From positions 5,150,110 to 5,214,109 of the forward strand of contig CM082584.2 in the NCBI GenBank assembly GCA_040954595.2: a DNA stretch of 64,000 bases. Direction: 5' to 3'. The notes below the pieces were generated by a model that ran no database searches, had not been told where the DNA came from, and worked only from the letters and a program-made list of their open reading frames with translations. This document shows positions 34,310 to 48,700 of the stretch, piece after piece. Both the position numbers and the translations under genes were made by a program. Each line of letters starts with the position of its first letter. The first letter of the stretch is position 1. This DNA is from Balanoglossus misakiensis (taxonomy: Eukaryota; Animalia; Hemichordata).

Positions 34310-37144
34310 ATGTCAAAAACAAGGATATTCTTGACTTTTCTTGGGATTTACACCGCATACCAGCTGGTTGATTGGTTCGATCCAGGTAACTCAAGCCTCA
34401 GGGAAACTTCTCGTCACAAATAACCAACATGTCGATCGCGTGCCAGCTGTGGTAACGCACCTGTACGGGGGGGGGGGGGGGGGGGGGTATGCGAATTAGC
34501 ATACCCCCCCCCCCCACGGTACAGGTGCGTTTCCACAGCCATTGACACATGTGACAGGTGGCAGTCAGCTGCAGTACCCATGGAGGCTCTAGTACCTCCA
34601 TGCAGTACCGTAGCTGTGGTACGCAGCTGTACCGTTGGGTGGCGGGGGCGTGGCTGATTCTCCCGTGCATCATCATCATGATCATTTGTTGAGGTGGTGG
34701 TAGTGGTGGTGCACCTGTGGTTGTGGTGTTTATGTTGCCAAAATTTGATGTGTTTTACATTCTAATTTGGTTGACTTTGGGACTGTTCAGAATTTACTTC
34801 CAGGGGAGGGGGCGAAGGATTTTCAGGGGGGACCACCCATTTTCTCCAAGAAAAATTAGAGGGGACCAGACATAAAAATCACAATCCTTTAGGGGGTACC
34901 ATGGAAAAAAACCCAGGAAATTTAAGAGGGGACCACAGATTTTCTCCACAAATTACTAGGGGGTACCATGGAAAAAAATCACCAGGAAAATTTAAGAAAT
35001 TCTCCGGCCCCACCCTGGAAGTAAATTCTGAACAGTCCCTTAATTTACTTCTGCCATATAGATTCAATCCAGGGAAAGCGAGTGATAGTGACTGGCGCAA
35101 GCACTGGTATTGGTGAAGAAATTGCTTACAACTATGCCAGGCTGGGTGCAAGGATTTTAATCACTGCAAGAAGGGAACAGGTCTTGCAACAAGTAAGAAA
35201 ATACCATTGTGTAAAAGCTACCCAGTGGCTGATAGAGCTCCATTTTGATATATGATATAACATACGCCAGGAATTTTGTGAGGAATTTATACCCTAAATA
35301 ATATCAAAGTTGACCTGAAGCTGGTAATTTGGGTTTTTAACCCTTTCATAACAATGGTTTGGTCCTATGCCATTGTTGCCTATGACGAAGTTGGACCTCT
35401 GTAGAGGGAAACGGGGGGTGAAAGGGTTGAAAGAAGTTGATCAACCCCAAAACACAGAGTATATACTAAAATAGGTAACTGATGATTTTGTCCATTTGAA
35501 CAAACCAGAATAAATAAATCCAGTACAGGAACAAAATTTCAAAGTTCCTGGAGATAAAAAAAAATATTGGCCAAATTTGCAGAAATGTACAACTCATACA
35601 TTTGCTAAATTGATGATTTTTTTTGCAGGTGGTCAAGAAATGCATGGAGCTGGGTGCACAAGAAGCACACTATCTCGCCTTAGACATGGCCAACCTCAAC
35701 CACACAAAGATACTAATTGACGAAGCCCAGAATCTATTCAATGGACTGGATATTTTGGTTCTTAATCACATTGCAGGAAATAACCTGGATCTCTGGAATG
35801 GCCAGTTCGACCGACTGACTCAGATTTTTGAAGTCAACGTCCGAGCTTACATCAGTCTGGCAACCTATGCATTACCAATGTTAAAAGAGAGCAATGGAAG
35901 TATTACTGTCATGTCTAGTTTTGCTGGTAAGGACTGGAATTTTTATTCTTGAAAAATTCCCACTTTGTTATCATCATGACATTTTATTGGAAAAATGATA
36001 GAATCTGTCAAATTTGACGTTCCAATTGAAGTGCACAAATATTTTAGGAAAGCTATTTTTGAATTCATGAAAGAATTAACATGGAATACATGTTTCTGTT
36101 GCCTGATATAGAGAATCATTTGGATTGTTTGCTCTGACAGATATAGAAAATTCTACCTTGTTATATCCAAGTACTTTATATTGGAGTGGAAAATATCAAA
36201 TTTATTAACCTGAAGGCAATAAGTGAATGATCCCAAAATAAATGATGAAAACGATTTTTATTAACTTGAATAACATTTGCATCTTCATTCACACCAGGAT
36301 GTTTATTGTATATATAGTTTAACATTAATTAAAACATTTGCCAAAGTAAACATGAACATTATCTATGTTGCTCCAGGGAGAGGGTATTGCCACAACACCC
36401 TAGCCTGAGCAGCTGTCTCTGTTTGGGGGATATGCTAATTACCCAGTGGACAGTAATTAGCATATCCCCCCTCCCCCCACACGGCGGAACACCTGCGTTT
36501 CCACAGCCGAGTCTCTGTTTGAGTAAAATGCAACATTTTCTGAATTAACTCAAATGTGCGACTTGCATAATACAGTTAAACCTGTGTATAGTGGCCAGTC
36601 AAGGGACTTTCCTAAACTGGCCTTTATAGACAGGTGGCCTTTATATAGAGGTTTATTAACACACATGTGAATTGCACAGGGGCTGTAAAAAAGTGGCCAC
36701 TATATAAAGGTGGCCACTAACACAGGTTTGACTGTACATGATATGACACGTGAACCTGTTTTTCTTTTCTTCAAAGGGAAATGTGGACAGCCTTACACAG
36801 CGGCCTACAGTGCCTCCAAGTTTGCCATCAATGGTTTCTTCGAAGCACTGCGTCAAGAATTCACAATCCAAGACATCAACGTCTCCATTACAACCTGCAT
36901 AATTGGAGGTATAAAAACTGAAAATGCACTGAAATTTTCAGAAGGGGTGATAGATCCGGCCATTTTTATGACGAGTGCATCCGATACAGCTCTAGCTGTA
37001 ATCAAAGGCACCCACGGCAGAGAATTTGAGGTGTACTATCCTTGGCTTATGACACGTCCAACTCTACTTGTCAAGGCGTTTTTACCAGAGTTCATATTTT
37101 GGGTTTCAAGACTTCCTTACATGCCTCAACAGGAAAGTTCATGA
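34310..37144 (+). CDS. HSD11B1L: 11-beta-hydroxysteroid dehydrogenase 1-like short-chain dehydrogenase
   Basis: Exons 34310-34385 (signal anchor ...DWFDP), 35062-35192 (TGASTGIG Rossmann motif), 35629-35926 (LDILVLNH), 36777-37144 (catalytic YSASKFA, EVYYP). Confidence 0.9.
34445..34541. repeat. Palindromic foldback family (CTGTGGAAACGCA...TGCTAATT/AATTAGCA...TGCGTTTCCAC)
   Basis: Related hairpin copies at 34445-34541, 36408-36508 and 46894-46992. Confidence 0.7.
34779..35043. mobile_element. MITE, possibly PIF/Harbinger-like, with internal ~60-bp tandem subrepeats
   Basis: Perfect TIR GGGACTGTTCAGAATTTACTTCCAGGG / CCCTGGAAGTAAATTCTGAACAGTCCC. Confidence 0.8.
36571..36736. mobile_element. 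pogo/Tigger-like MITE
   Basis: TACAGTTAAACCTGTG...CACAGGTTTGACTGTA; truncated left ends of the same family at 4734-4792 and 7732-7779. Confidence 0.75.
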
Positions 37145-37220
37145 TGCAATGGAATGAAAGGCATACCTCATTCAGAAAATTAAATCTCTGAAAATCATTT
37201 GCCATTTGGTTTAATTACAG

Positions 37221-37274
37221 TACATACATACATACATACATACATACATACATACATACATACATACATACATA
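37221..37274. repeat. (TACA)n microsatellite; second tract at 38127-38163
   Basis: Directly visible on both sides of the 37313-38128 element. Confidence 0.95.
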
Positions 37275-37312
37275 GTATAGTACATAAAGTGTTTTACAGT
37301 ATGTATGATACA

Positions 37313-38128
37313 TACTGTAAAACACTTTATTTTCGCGAGTTAAATTTTTCGCGATATCGAGAGAGGCCGTTTCGCAAGTATTAAAGCCCCAGTATTTCTC
37401 GTGTGCATCCATTTTTCATCATCGAAAAAAGCCCGTTTTTCCAGTACATCCATCATGGAATACTATATAATGAAGATGTAAGAAAGGTTTGGGCAATTGT
37501 AGCTACATGCAAGCTGTAAATATTGCCCGTAACACTTGAAATGATGCGCGGGTTTGTTTACAACGGAAATGGTGTACATGTCGATCAGCAAACGTGCCAC
37601 TTTGACATTTTGATGGTCAGACCATTTTCGGATTTGATCTGGTTCCATCGACTGATTTCTCCCATAAAGTTATCTTCCCAAAATTTCGCCGAATTAGTGC
37701 GCATTTCTTCGCTGAGTCGCTTGATTTGGGGCGACCAAACCTCTTCCGCATAGATTCACATTTGAGTGCGCATGCGCACTAGTCACGTGTGTCAACATTA
37801 GCCTGACTCACGTGACTTTCTGTCCGGACAGAAAGTCATTCTTCACTCGTTATATTGTAAATTGTATGAGTTTATCAGCAGAGCTGGGGATGATGACTGT
37901 TCGATTCAGTATCAATTATCATCTACTTTTAGAAATTATAGATGCCGTTTCAAACAAAATTTTGCCCCTACGAGAAATACTGTGGCTTTAATTTTCGCGT
38001 TCTCTTATTTCATTCACTGCATCGTTATCTCCAAAAACAATTTACGCGACTTTTTATTTTCACGCTATTTTGGCTCTTGCGTATTTGGCGTAAATTAATT
38101 GCTCGCGAAAATAAAGTGTTTTACAGTA
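37313..38128. mobile_element. Long (~816 bp) non-autonomous CTGTAAAAC-family element, bordered by (TACA)n microsatellite
   Basis: Perfect 25-bp TIR CTGTAAAACACTTTATTTTCGCGAG with TA flanks; right ~140 bp matches 5550-5695; no transposase ORF. Confidence 0.85.
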
Positions 38129-39787
38129 CATACATACATACATACATACATACATACATACATGCTGTTATCAGTACATGTACTGCAGGTTTTCCTCAGG
38201 TATACTGAAAATATAAATGAAGTTCTAAATTGTATAGGCACAGAACTCTTTCTTGTGTTCTATAAATCTGACTGGTTACATGTATACTTAACAATATTTG
38301 AGTGTTTTTATTAAAAGGTTGGAGTGATCTTGGTACATGAAAAATGATTGCCTAACCCATCAATAGTTTTTAATCCAAAGTAGAATTGAAAACTTGACTT
38401 GTTGTTCCAAATAAGTTTTCTGCACTGCTGTGTGGGTAAGCTGGAGACATTGGTTCTGATTCGCAACTGTTTGCTGAAAGACAAGTGTAAATGATGATGA
38501 AAATTGTGTGGATGTACAAGGGTGACAATCTGACGGTTTGTTTGTTCTGATATACTGAATATTCCATTGAAATAAAATATGCGGACATCATTAATATCAC
38601 AATTGATAGGTTATGTTTTCTGAACCCGTTCTATTTTATATTACTCTAAAAACAAGTTCTGTTCGATTATAAAACTTTTCTTCAGATGAATATCCATTCC
38701 CTTTTGAACGATGTCATTTGTTGCGAAAGTTTTAAAAGTTAGGTTTATTAACGTCCAATTTGAAAAGACAGCTTACTTGGGTCACTAGCTGATGACATAC
38801 CGGCTTCACTCTGACTTGTTTGTGTGCCATTTTGAATTTCCATTTCGACATTTGAGTAATCCTTCTGTTTTCGTCTCAGTCTCACCCTATTACAGGGCAG
38901 AGTAAATGGACAGATATCTTGTTAAAGGGGCAGGTGTAATGCACAGCTGATCCTTTGTGTTTCCCCTTTATTTCCAAATAACCAGTTCCGTGCACAGACA
39001 AAAGGTCTATTGTTTGTGTCTGTACAAGTGTCCATGGTGACGAAATGTCAAATAAAACTTTCCTCATAATACCCCATCTTATATTATCAGTTATAACTGA
39101 CTTATACTGCTTTGACAGCTATCATAGGCTACTCATATGCAAAAGATAGGTCAGTAATTCTCAGCATATAACATGCATTTAATGATGTACAGTTGTATAA
39201 AGTTATATTCACTAGACCTGTTTTGAAGAATGACCTCCCTCGCATTTGCTTTAAAACACTGCTTAAATCCCATGCCGTATAATTCTATATCAAACACAAA
39301 CGAGCAGATAGTTCTTACCATTTCACCAGAAGGTATATGATTACAATCCCTAAAACCAAAAGGATAGTGACTAACGAACAGATGAGTATTACCCGAGTAG
39401 ATGCTGATACACGTGGGCCTGTAATCTGACGATCCCCTGTTTTTAGAGAACATGAAGTTAGATCACATCGTTACTATTCTTACTTTAATAAAGATTCAAT
39501 TCTCAGAGTTTAATATCCCATGATTACGAAATGCCATTGGTTGTCTTATCAGCATTTTTACGCGATTAGATTATCCACGCCTATAGCACCAATTAAAGTA
39601 GCAAGTCCACGTACATTAAACCATACTTTCAGCAGTCTTAAAATCAACATGCAACAAAAAGCATGTTTCAATTGGACAAGGAGTCTTGAGCACGTCCTCC
39701 CACGATCTTAGTACATCAACACGCACACACACACACATAATACATTAGAACAATGTGTCCATTGCTCATCTGAGCGAAAAGATGGTC

Positions 39788-42700
39788 TCAGGGACACTGC
39801 TGTCTTCCAGCAGCACTACCTATTGAGGACAGGAAATAAAGTAAGTGAAATCTTTGAGAACAATTCAAAATACTCACCCGTAAATGACGCTGAAGTTTCT
39901 GGACTGAGATAATACACGTACTCCTGGAAAGAAACAAAGACCAAACCAAAGTTCCAGTCAGATAACGTTTGATAATGATGTCACTACTTCATGGTGTATG
40001 CGGCAAAGGCTGACTGTTTACATGTATTGTGATTTGGCCGATTATTCGACTGGGCACAATTGTCAAACACGTCATTTTTTTTCTTGACCAGTGTTATTGC
40101 TGGACATACCAGGGATACATTTGCAAACATACTGCAAGATATCAGTATTCATTACAATTCTGTTCAATTGCCAAATTATTTTTAAAATAAAAACAACACT
40201 AAAACCAACAGCCACAGTTTACACTTCCTCTATAGTAATGTTAACGCATATGAACCGTAACTATTAATGAAATGTACTATGGAATTATATTGGATAATGT
40301 CATTACTGTGTAATCACAATTATGTATATATTTTTTTCTCACATACCCCCGTAATATTACTTCCGAGACCATAAAATACATGATACTGCTTCCCAGGCAA
40401 AAGAGGAGCATTGGTATACCCTCCATACACTTTGCCATCACCAATGACAAATGTGATTGGCACTTCTTTCATTGGTATGGATGCTGTGATGTAATAGGGT
40501 TCGCCGCTGGGACTGTATTCTCCAAGTTTGTCAAAGTCTATGGCTTCAAGTTTACTTTTGGCTGACTCTTCTCCGTAGTCCACGATGATGACGTAGTCAC
40601 TGAAATAAACAAATAGGGATGTAGTTTCCACTTGCAATTAAGGTTATTATGGTAATAATGTATTTATTTTTTGTTCCTTTCAGGTATGTTAGTTGATCAA
40701 GAAAAGAACGTTAACATTTTAACATCGCAAAACAACGAAATTCTGTCACAAAAACGTGAAATGTTTGTCTTTCAAAAGTGTTTTATTTCGATACTCACAT
40801 GAGTTTGGTATCTTTCGAAATCTTTGTTCCATACGCAAGTCCCGGTATCTTGACAGTCGTCGTTGTGTAAGATTGTTTGACGTCGTTCGCGACAATGTCT
40901 AATGGCAATTGTTTTAATACATCATCTATATTATGAAGATAGATAAATAGTTTGAGGTTTATTTGATATATTGCGATGATCACATTCTGAAATCGAATGT
41001 GCTTAGTTTGATCATAGATAATAGAGGGGGAGATATTGTTATTTTACGATATCATGTGTAACCTAATCGATTCAAATTTGCATATTGATTCATGTATGAC
41101 TGATGAAGTGCCACCTTTTTGTACTTGGGGATAAAATATGAACACTGTGTGTATTAATCATCATTGACTGCTTCTATATCTTACATAAGTAACCCTTTCT
41201 AGTCTTTCCAATAAATCTTTCCGGGGTCTACACGAGAGAATTGCATCACCAGATATATATATTTGATATCTACCTGTGAATAACGTCCTGACCTCCAGTG
41301 TTCTAGCTTTTCCAAAACCCTTGGACGTACTGGCTTTTACTTCAATTTCATATGTTGTTCCAGGTATTAGATTTTGAAGTGTGTATTTCAGATGATTACC
41401 GTCCAGTAGTATTGAGTTAAATTTGAAATCATTTACGAAAATGGAGTCGACTGCAAAATATGACACCTGAAAGAAATATTGTCTTAATAAGATTTGGTTT
41501 CACGCCAATCTTAGAAAAACAATTGCATTTGTATGTACAGGATGTGCTTTTTGTCAGTACTACAAAGACAGAAATGAAAGTTTAAAAATATATCAAACTG
41601 TGCTTGGTGTAAGCTGAACTGTATGTTATCACTGACATGAACTACTTTTCAGATGAGCCAACCGAAATAATATCTCAAGACTTTATTCACTACAAATTAA
41701 ATATATTCATGTACAACATTTGATGGGATGAATGAAGAAACGCATTGCTCACCCTATAGTGTTGGACATCACCGGTGAATCTAACAGGTTCTGTCCAAAC
41801 TATGCCGATGCTATCTGTGTGTATTTGCGACACTGCTAGACTCCCAGGCATATCAGGAACTAAAACAAAACACATCCCATACTATATTGATCAGTTTCAA
41901 CGTACTCCTTTGTGTACATGAAAAATCAGAATAATCAACAGCTGGCGCAACGGTGACGGGTACGCCCATTTGCGAATCTCGCAAATGTTCTAAGGCCACG
42001 TGTTGTTTGACAATGTCGCTCCTGAAATACTTCTCTGTTTGTTTTTTTTGGCGACTACATATGAAAGACATACGTACACCATAGAAGTGAACATCAAAAC
42101 GTTAACTAGTTTAATCGCTGTTTGTAGGTTGCATGAAAATAACACAAGGACCATCGCTCAAATAACACACTTCCATTCACCAGGAATTCGCATAAGCTTA
42201 AAGTATTAAAGACAAATAAGTGTTATAATAATATCTCACTTTGATCTGATGTCCGTACACTCAATGCAGTAGAAAACTTGCCAAACCCAGCACCTGTAGC
42301 TGCTCGCACCTTCAAAAATAAGAAATGATAGATTCACATTGAGATTGTCATGTCATATAATATACATATTAACACCGCTGTCTAATCATAAAATGTCCAC
42401 CAATCAGAAGAATAAATTCAAAATACCAATGTCTTCCTGCACCACAAATAATACCTTTAAACAGTGCCAAAGGACGGAAATAAATACCCGCCTTAAAAAC
42501 AGGGTTAAGGTAGAATGCACATCTGATTCAAAACTGTAATATTCCTCAATGAAACTTTAAATTATTTTCTCTTATAATTGAGAATAGCAATCGGGGGTTA
42601 CCATGCACAATTTTGATAGAGCGACCCGTCTTTCCCAAAGTTTGAGTTTTAAAAAGGCGTAGTACACCTGTAATAATTACCTGTATTTTATAGAATGCTT

Positions 42701-45700
42701 TGTAGGTGAGGTTAGTGATTACAATATTATTGACATCTCCTAATTTAGTTATGACTGTGACAGTGTGATTGGTACTTGTATTAGTCACTTCCCAATATTG
42801 TATATCGTATTTGTTGACAAAACCGTTGCTAGGATCAGGAACCAGCCACTGTATTGTCATGGAAACCGCACCTGGGTTCACTGTAATATTTCTTGGTTTC
42901 GACGGAACTGAAATGAAATGTAAGGTTATATTAAGGTCGGGGACTATCCAGCTTCAGTGCATGGTTATCGTATACATGTACGTCGAATGTTGAGGAAAAC
43001 ACTTATTATTTATATTCATAAAGTGAAAATATTTTCAATTTAGAGTGGAAATCCGCCATAACACTTGAACAATTTATTCACTCTTTATACAGATGTCTCG
43101 CCCGTTACACAGATGCGTATCAACAACACTGACCAGGCACTTTCGTTCTATAGTAACATAACCGACGTAAATGTATCATCAGAATGTATCTCATTGGAGT
43201 AGGGTAGTAAAACAAACAAAAGTCGATGAAACAACTTAAACAAAAGTCGATGAAAGATGGGTACTTTTTGATCTGGCAATAACGAAAAAAATCAACCACT
43301 GAACTTTCAGTCTCCACGAAGCATACAGCTCAGCGAGCATTGTGTGGTAAATGAGACTATCTGACTAGACGGGTTGGATGATGGTATTCCTTCCTTACCA
43401 TCTTCTGCAGTTCTTTGTGTGTATTCTTCACTCCATGGACTCTGTTGGTCTTTGTTGTAAAAGGACACATACATTTGGTACTTGGTGTATGGTACCAGAT
43501 CACCCACTTCGAGAACACGTGCGGTTGTGTTAAAATAAACCATCTCTAAGTAATCAGCGCTTTCATTCAGTTGTCTGTACTTCACAACAAATCGGTCTAT
43601 ATATCCATTGACACCAGAGTGATTACACTTAATCATAGGCAATTGTGGGACCTGAAATAAATTGACAATGTTATTAACTCACGTGTTCACACACGAGAGC
43701 TAGTGTTTTACCCATTTCTGACTGTCTGTCTGTCTGTCTGTCTGTCTTTTCGTGCATCCGTACTGTCTGTCCACATGTAATAAAAAGAACAGTAAACTCT
43801 TCCAGAGGAGAAACTACTCATACGATGCTAAAGAGACAAGGTTTACGCATTAACTGTGAATATATTAAATTTCGAAGTGGTGGAGTAATCTGAACTAAAG
43901 CATCACTGATTTATGGGTAACAATCTGACGACGAACGTGCTGGATTCTGTGGCGCCACAATACACCAAATCAGCCAAGTCGGGATATTCTTGTATCCACA
44001 GCTGGGAGATTCTTGTAAAAGAGAAAGTTAGCGTATAGAGTATTACCTTGATTTTAAGTTCCAACTTGTTAGCAGATGGTGACATAACATCTGTAATCTC
44101 TGGGCCAACTTCAGGCACTGCAATTTAAAGGATAAACTATTCTAATGTATTCAAGGAACAATGACTTGAGTACCTGGCATCTATCATATTTGTGCTATAT
44201 TAATATATCTTATCGTAAAATAGATTATACAAAACTTTGAACAAAACGGTAACATTCAATATTTGTTGGACTTTCACAACTCACCATCACAATTGGTGAT
44301 GACGGTGGTGTACGTTTCCTTGCTCCCTTCTCCCATTGGCCCTGGTCTCTTCACCGTCACGGTGACGTCATAACTAGTTGACCAATCCAGACCTGTGATG
44401 ACCGAGTTGTATCTTGACTTGTCCGGATCTCGTCCATCGATATTTTGATGTAATGTCCAATCACTGTCCGCAGTCTTTTTGTAGTAAACTTTGTATGCTT
44501 GTACAGGCCCGTCACCCACGTCATTGCTTTCTGTCCACCGTTGCCAGGTTACAGTTGCCTTGCGTGCTTCTGCTGTTACTGTTGGCGCATTGCTTGTTGA
44601 AAATCTCGGCAATGCTGCAAGAATATTGGAGATTAGACGTAGTGAACGTGGAGGGGAATTTTCTGGCCGCAACTGGATAGTTCGTGTGACATTCTGTTAT
44701 TGGCGACTGCTTTTGCCGTCGCCTTCATAGGTGAGATGTATCACAAAGTAAAGCAAAGTACCGTAGCTTACCAAATACGTCTACAGTAATGCGTTGTGAC
44801 GGTCCATCCTTGATAGAACAAGTATAGGTAACATTTGTATCCGCAACAATGGTGTAGTTGGAAACAAAGATATACTTCTTGCTAATGTAAGAACTTGTGA
44901 AGTTGACATTCAATTGTTTTGAGACATCCCACAGCGTGACATCATCCGATTGAACGACAGGGTTTCCAATGATTTCACAGGTGATATACGATTCCTCGCC
45001 AGGGTTGACTTTGAGACTGCGCAGAGATCGTATTGACCTTGATCCATCTACAGACAAAAGGGACACAAATTCCATGATAAGATGGTGTGCAGGAGAGATG
45101 AATGTTCCAAAGGTATCACACTAGCCTTATTAAACTGTAAATAATATTGGAAATGTTTACCTAGGGGCACATATGGTTTCACTAAAACAAAGCTTTGGAG
45201 TAAAAAATATTGATATTGGTCTCACCGGAATTCATCGATTTGAAACTAAGACAACTCACCCCTGTGGCAACCTGTGGTATCAACATCAACCCACCCATCA
45301 GCACATTCGCCGTTCACACAAATACTGTCGTTTCTGTCACAGCCAGAATTGTTTTTACAATGACATGCGTGATCACAGTACAGACCATAAAGACCCACTT
45401 CACAAACATCTGGAACTTGGAAGGAATACAAAACAGGTTGTTAAATTTATCGTTTGCATCATTGCGATTTATTAGCCTCTCACGCATTTCTCATTATATT
45501 TTATAATATGTAATTCTTGTTTTCTTGATTTTGCTGGACGACAATGACTTTTGCCGGCAAAAAGTGCATAAGAACATTTTAATAAAACTTACTGCGACAG
45601 TTGGGACCGCTCCAACCCTGTTCACATACACCCATATGGCATTTTCCAGTGTCTACGTCGCAACCAATTGCACAGTGACAAGTCAAGCTACATCCGGGTC

Positions 45701-48700
45701 CGTACTTTCCAACTGCACAGTCTATAAGAGACAGAGGATGAAACACTGACTCTCACACAATTGACTCAAACGTGTAAATCTCTGTTGCTATTCGTGAACT
45801 ATGGGGCAGGTGCAGGAGAATATAATTGAAACGTGATAGTATTCGAAAGACAAAAGCCTGGGTAATTTCAAGAACCCACGACCATTGACGTAAGTCTTAA
45901 ACCACAAAATTCAATTTTAAGTTTAGGCCTACACTTCGTCCAGTTAACACTGTTGAAATGCTTACCTTTGATTGACAACAATGGGTATTTGTACATGAAG
46001 TAAGATAGTTTCTGCAGAAAGAATATTCTATTGATTAGAATGGAACATTTAGCAATTCATACATTACATGTATACCATCCTCCACTGTCAGTCTCTCTAT
46101 GTTTTCTATACACAATCGGAAAGCACACTCATTATAATACATATCTCACCCCAGTGATGTTGCTTCGAAGTCCATAGTAAACATAATATTGAATCCCAAA
46201 CTCCAGTGGTTCATTGTAGTACCCCTCATACACATTGCTGTCACCAATAACAATGTCGTTTGGCACCGATGCCAACGGGAAGGCCGCCGTGATATAGTAT
46301 GTTCCATTGCCAATACCAAGTTCTTGTGTATCAATTGTTTTCTGAGATCCTGTCCAGTTCCCGTCTTGTTCAACCACCACCACGTAGTCACTGAAGTTGA
46401 CGACAAATTGACTGTTAAAGGGGCAATTCTCAATCCCTGGGTCTCGCATTAGTCCTGCTTGTTATTGCAACTTTGTGTTCGTGTTATGGAAAGCCTATTT
46501 TCCATTTAAATTTCTATAGAATATTAGGGCTAAGGCATAAACAAGTCAGTTGTGACGTGTTTGTAAATAGGCAATTTGTAATTCCGTCACCAACTTTCAT
46601 AAAGTTGAAACAATTCAAATATCGAGGGTATGTTAGAAACGGTCGTTCATCATAAACCACGTTGTTTATTGGATGAAGTTTATCTTTGTCATAATACAAT
46701 GTCTTATCCTTCTCCTTACATATACTTTGTGTCGTCAGATAATCTTGTATCATCAGCAAATTGAGGTAACTGAACTCTTGCAGTAGAGCGTGTTCGTTCC
46801 GTATAGTTCATCATTTCATCTGTCACAGACAAGGTTTGTGAAATGTTCACTGAATAAAAGAAAAAGAAAACAATGTAATTAGGGTGCTCTCTTGCTGTGG
46901 AAACGCAGCTGTTCTGCCAGGGTATATGCTAATTGCCGCTGGGTAATTAGCATATCCTCCCCGGCGCGGCGGAACAGCTGCGTTTCCACGACTAGCTATG
47001 TACGAGCTGAAAATTTTATTAAAGAAGAGAATTATTAAATTTTGATCGTTACACAATTGAAATAAAGTATTCATTCATTCAATTGTATATATTGGTTTTT
47101 GTGACAAAAAAGGCTCCCTCTACATATACATGTACTTATTTTTCTGAAATTCGTGAAATTACCTTTGAATGATGTCCACGTTACCATCCTTCTTTTGTCA
47201 CCGAATCCCTTGGACGTACTGGCGTTCACTTGGATTTCATACTTAGTACCCGCGTTTAGATTCAACACGGTGGCCACGTGGTCGCTGACATTCAGCTTTA
47301 CTGATGTGGACACGTTTGTGAAAGTCTTGAAAACTGATTCCAATGGTGTGTAGGAGATCTGAAAGGTAAATATTTCATCATCATCATCATCATCATCATA
47401 CATAAGTTGGATGCGTGCATATCTCTAATACAAACGCCAAGAGTTAGACGTACCCCATAATATTGAATATCTCCAGCAAATATATCCGGCTCTGTCCAGG
47501 CTATGGTAATACTCTCATCATTTACTTCCAGAACTTCAAGACTGCCGGGCATACCAGGAACTGTCAACGAAACGCCAATAATCAATGATTATTTAAGATC
47601 TAATCTAGGAAGGGCGGTTACCATTATTAAATCATTCAACGTTTCTGGTTTCAGAATCTCTCACAGCCTTCCCATGTTTAACCGAACACCTTATATATGT
47701 ACCTTGAATGAGTAGCCAGCTCAACGATGCCATGCTGGCTCTGGGGACATACACGGTATGGAATTTACCCCGTGAGTGAACAGGGGAGCAAAATGCTCGC
47801 AAGCGACAGGGCTGAGGTAAAGCGAAAGGATAAATGCTAGACAGGTAATCATACTGGTTTCTAACCACTTCAGTCAGTATTACAGGAGGAAAAGGCAGGT
47901 GACTGTGACAGTACACAATACATGTATATTTACTTATGTCTGTTGTTTGGACATTTAACGGGTCGCTCAGAGGCCCAAGACCGGCGCCAGTAGATGCCTG
48001 TACCTGAAAGACGAACAAGATTGCAAGAATACATTTTTATCATCACGAAATTCAAGCGACTCTATTGATTCTTTACAAATAAGTAAATACTGGAAAACAC
48101 TTTGATTAATGTGCATGCTGTTTTCACGGGACATTCTCTTGGTAATGCCCCGCACGGGGGAAACTTTTGGAACAGATGGTACTGTAGTTGAGAAAACGCC
48201 CGGCGAGTTCATTTTGGTGTAGGGTTGTAATTCAGGATAACCTCCAGGTTGTCGAATTGATGAATTAACCTCTCACGTAAGACAGTATGTAGATACACAT
48301 GTATATAGATTAACTAACCTGCACTGTATACAGTGCTTTGTAAATCAGATTTGTGATTGTAACTGTGTTGACGTCATCTAAGTCCTCCGTCACCGTTACC
48401 GTCTTCTTATTCCTTGGGTCGTCAAGTTTCCAGTAATGAACGACATATTTCCCAATGACACCGTTTGTCGAGTCAGGTATCAACCATCTCACTTTCAGTG
48501 TATGCACTGCAGGATCCAGTGTCACATTTCTTGGTTCAGAAGGCACTAAGGGATTGGACAGTTTATATTGAGACATGGTACACGAGTGGGGTTATGTCCA
48601 ATCATTGAACGCGTAACATCACTCTCAACTGAGGACGGCCCAAGTTTACCTGCAGTTGAGTTCAGGCCTCCGTGCGAGGAAAGGCCCTTCTACTCGCCAT

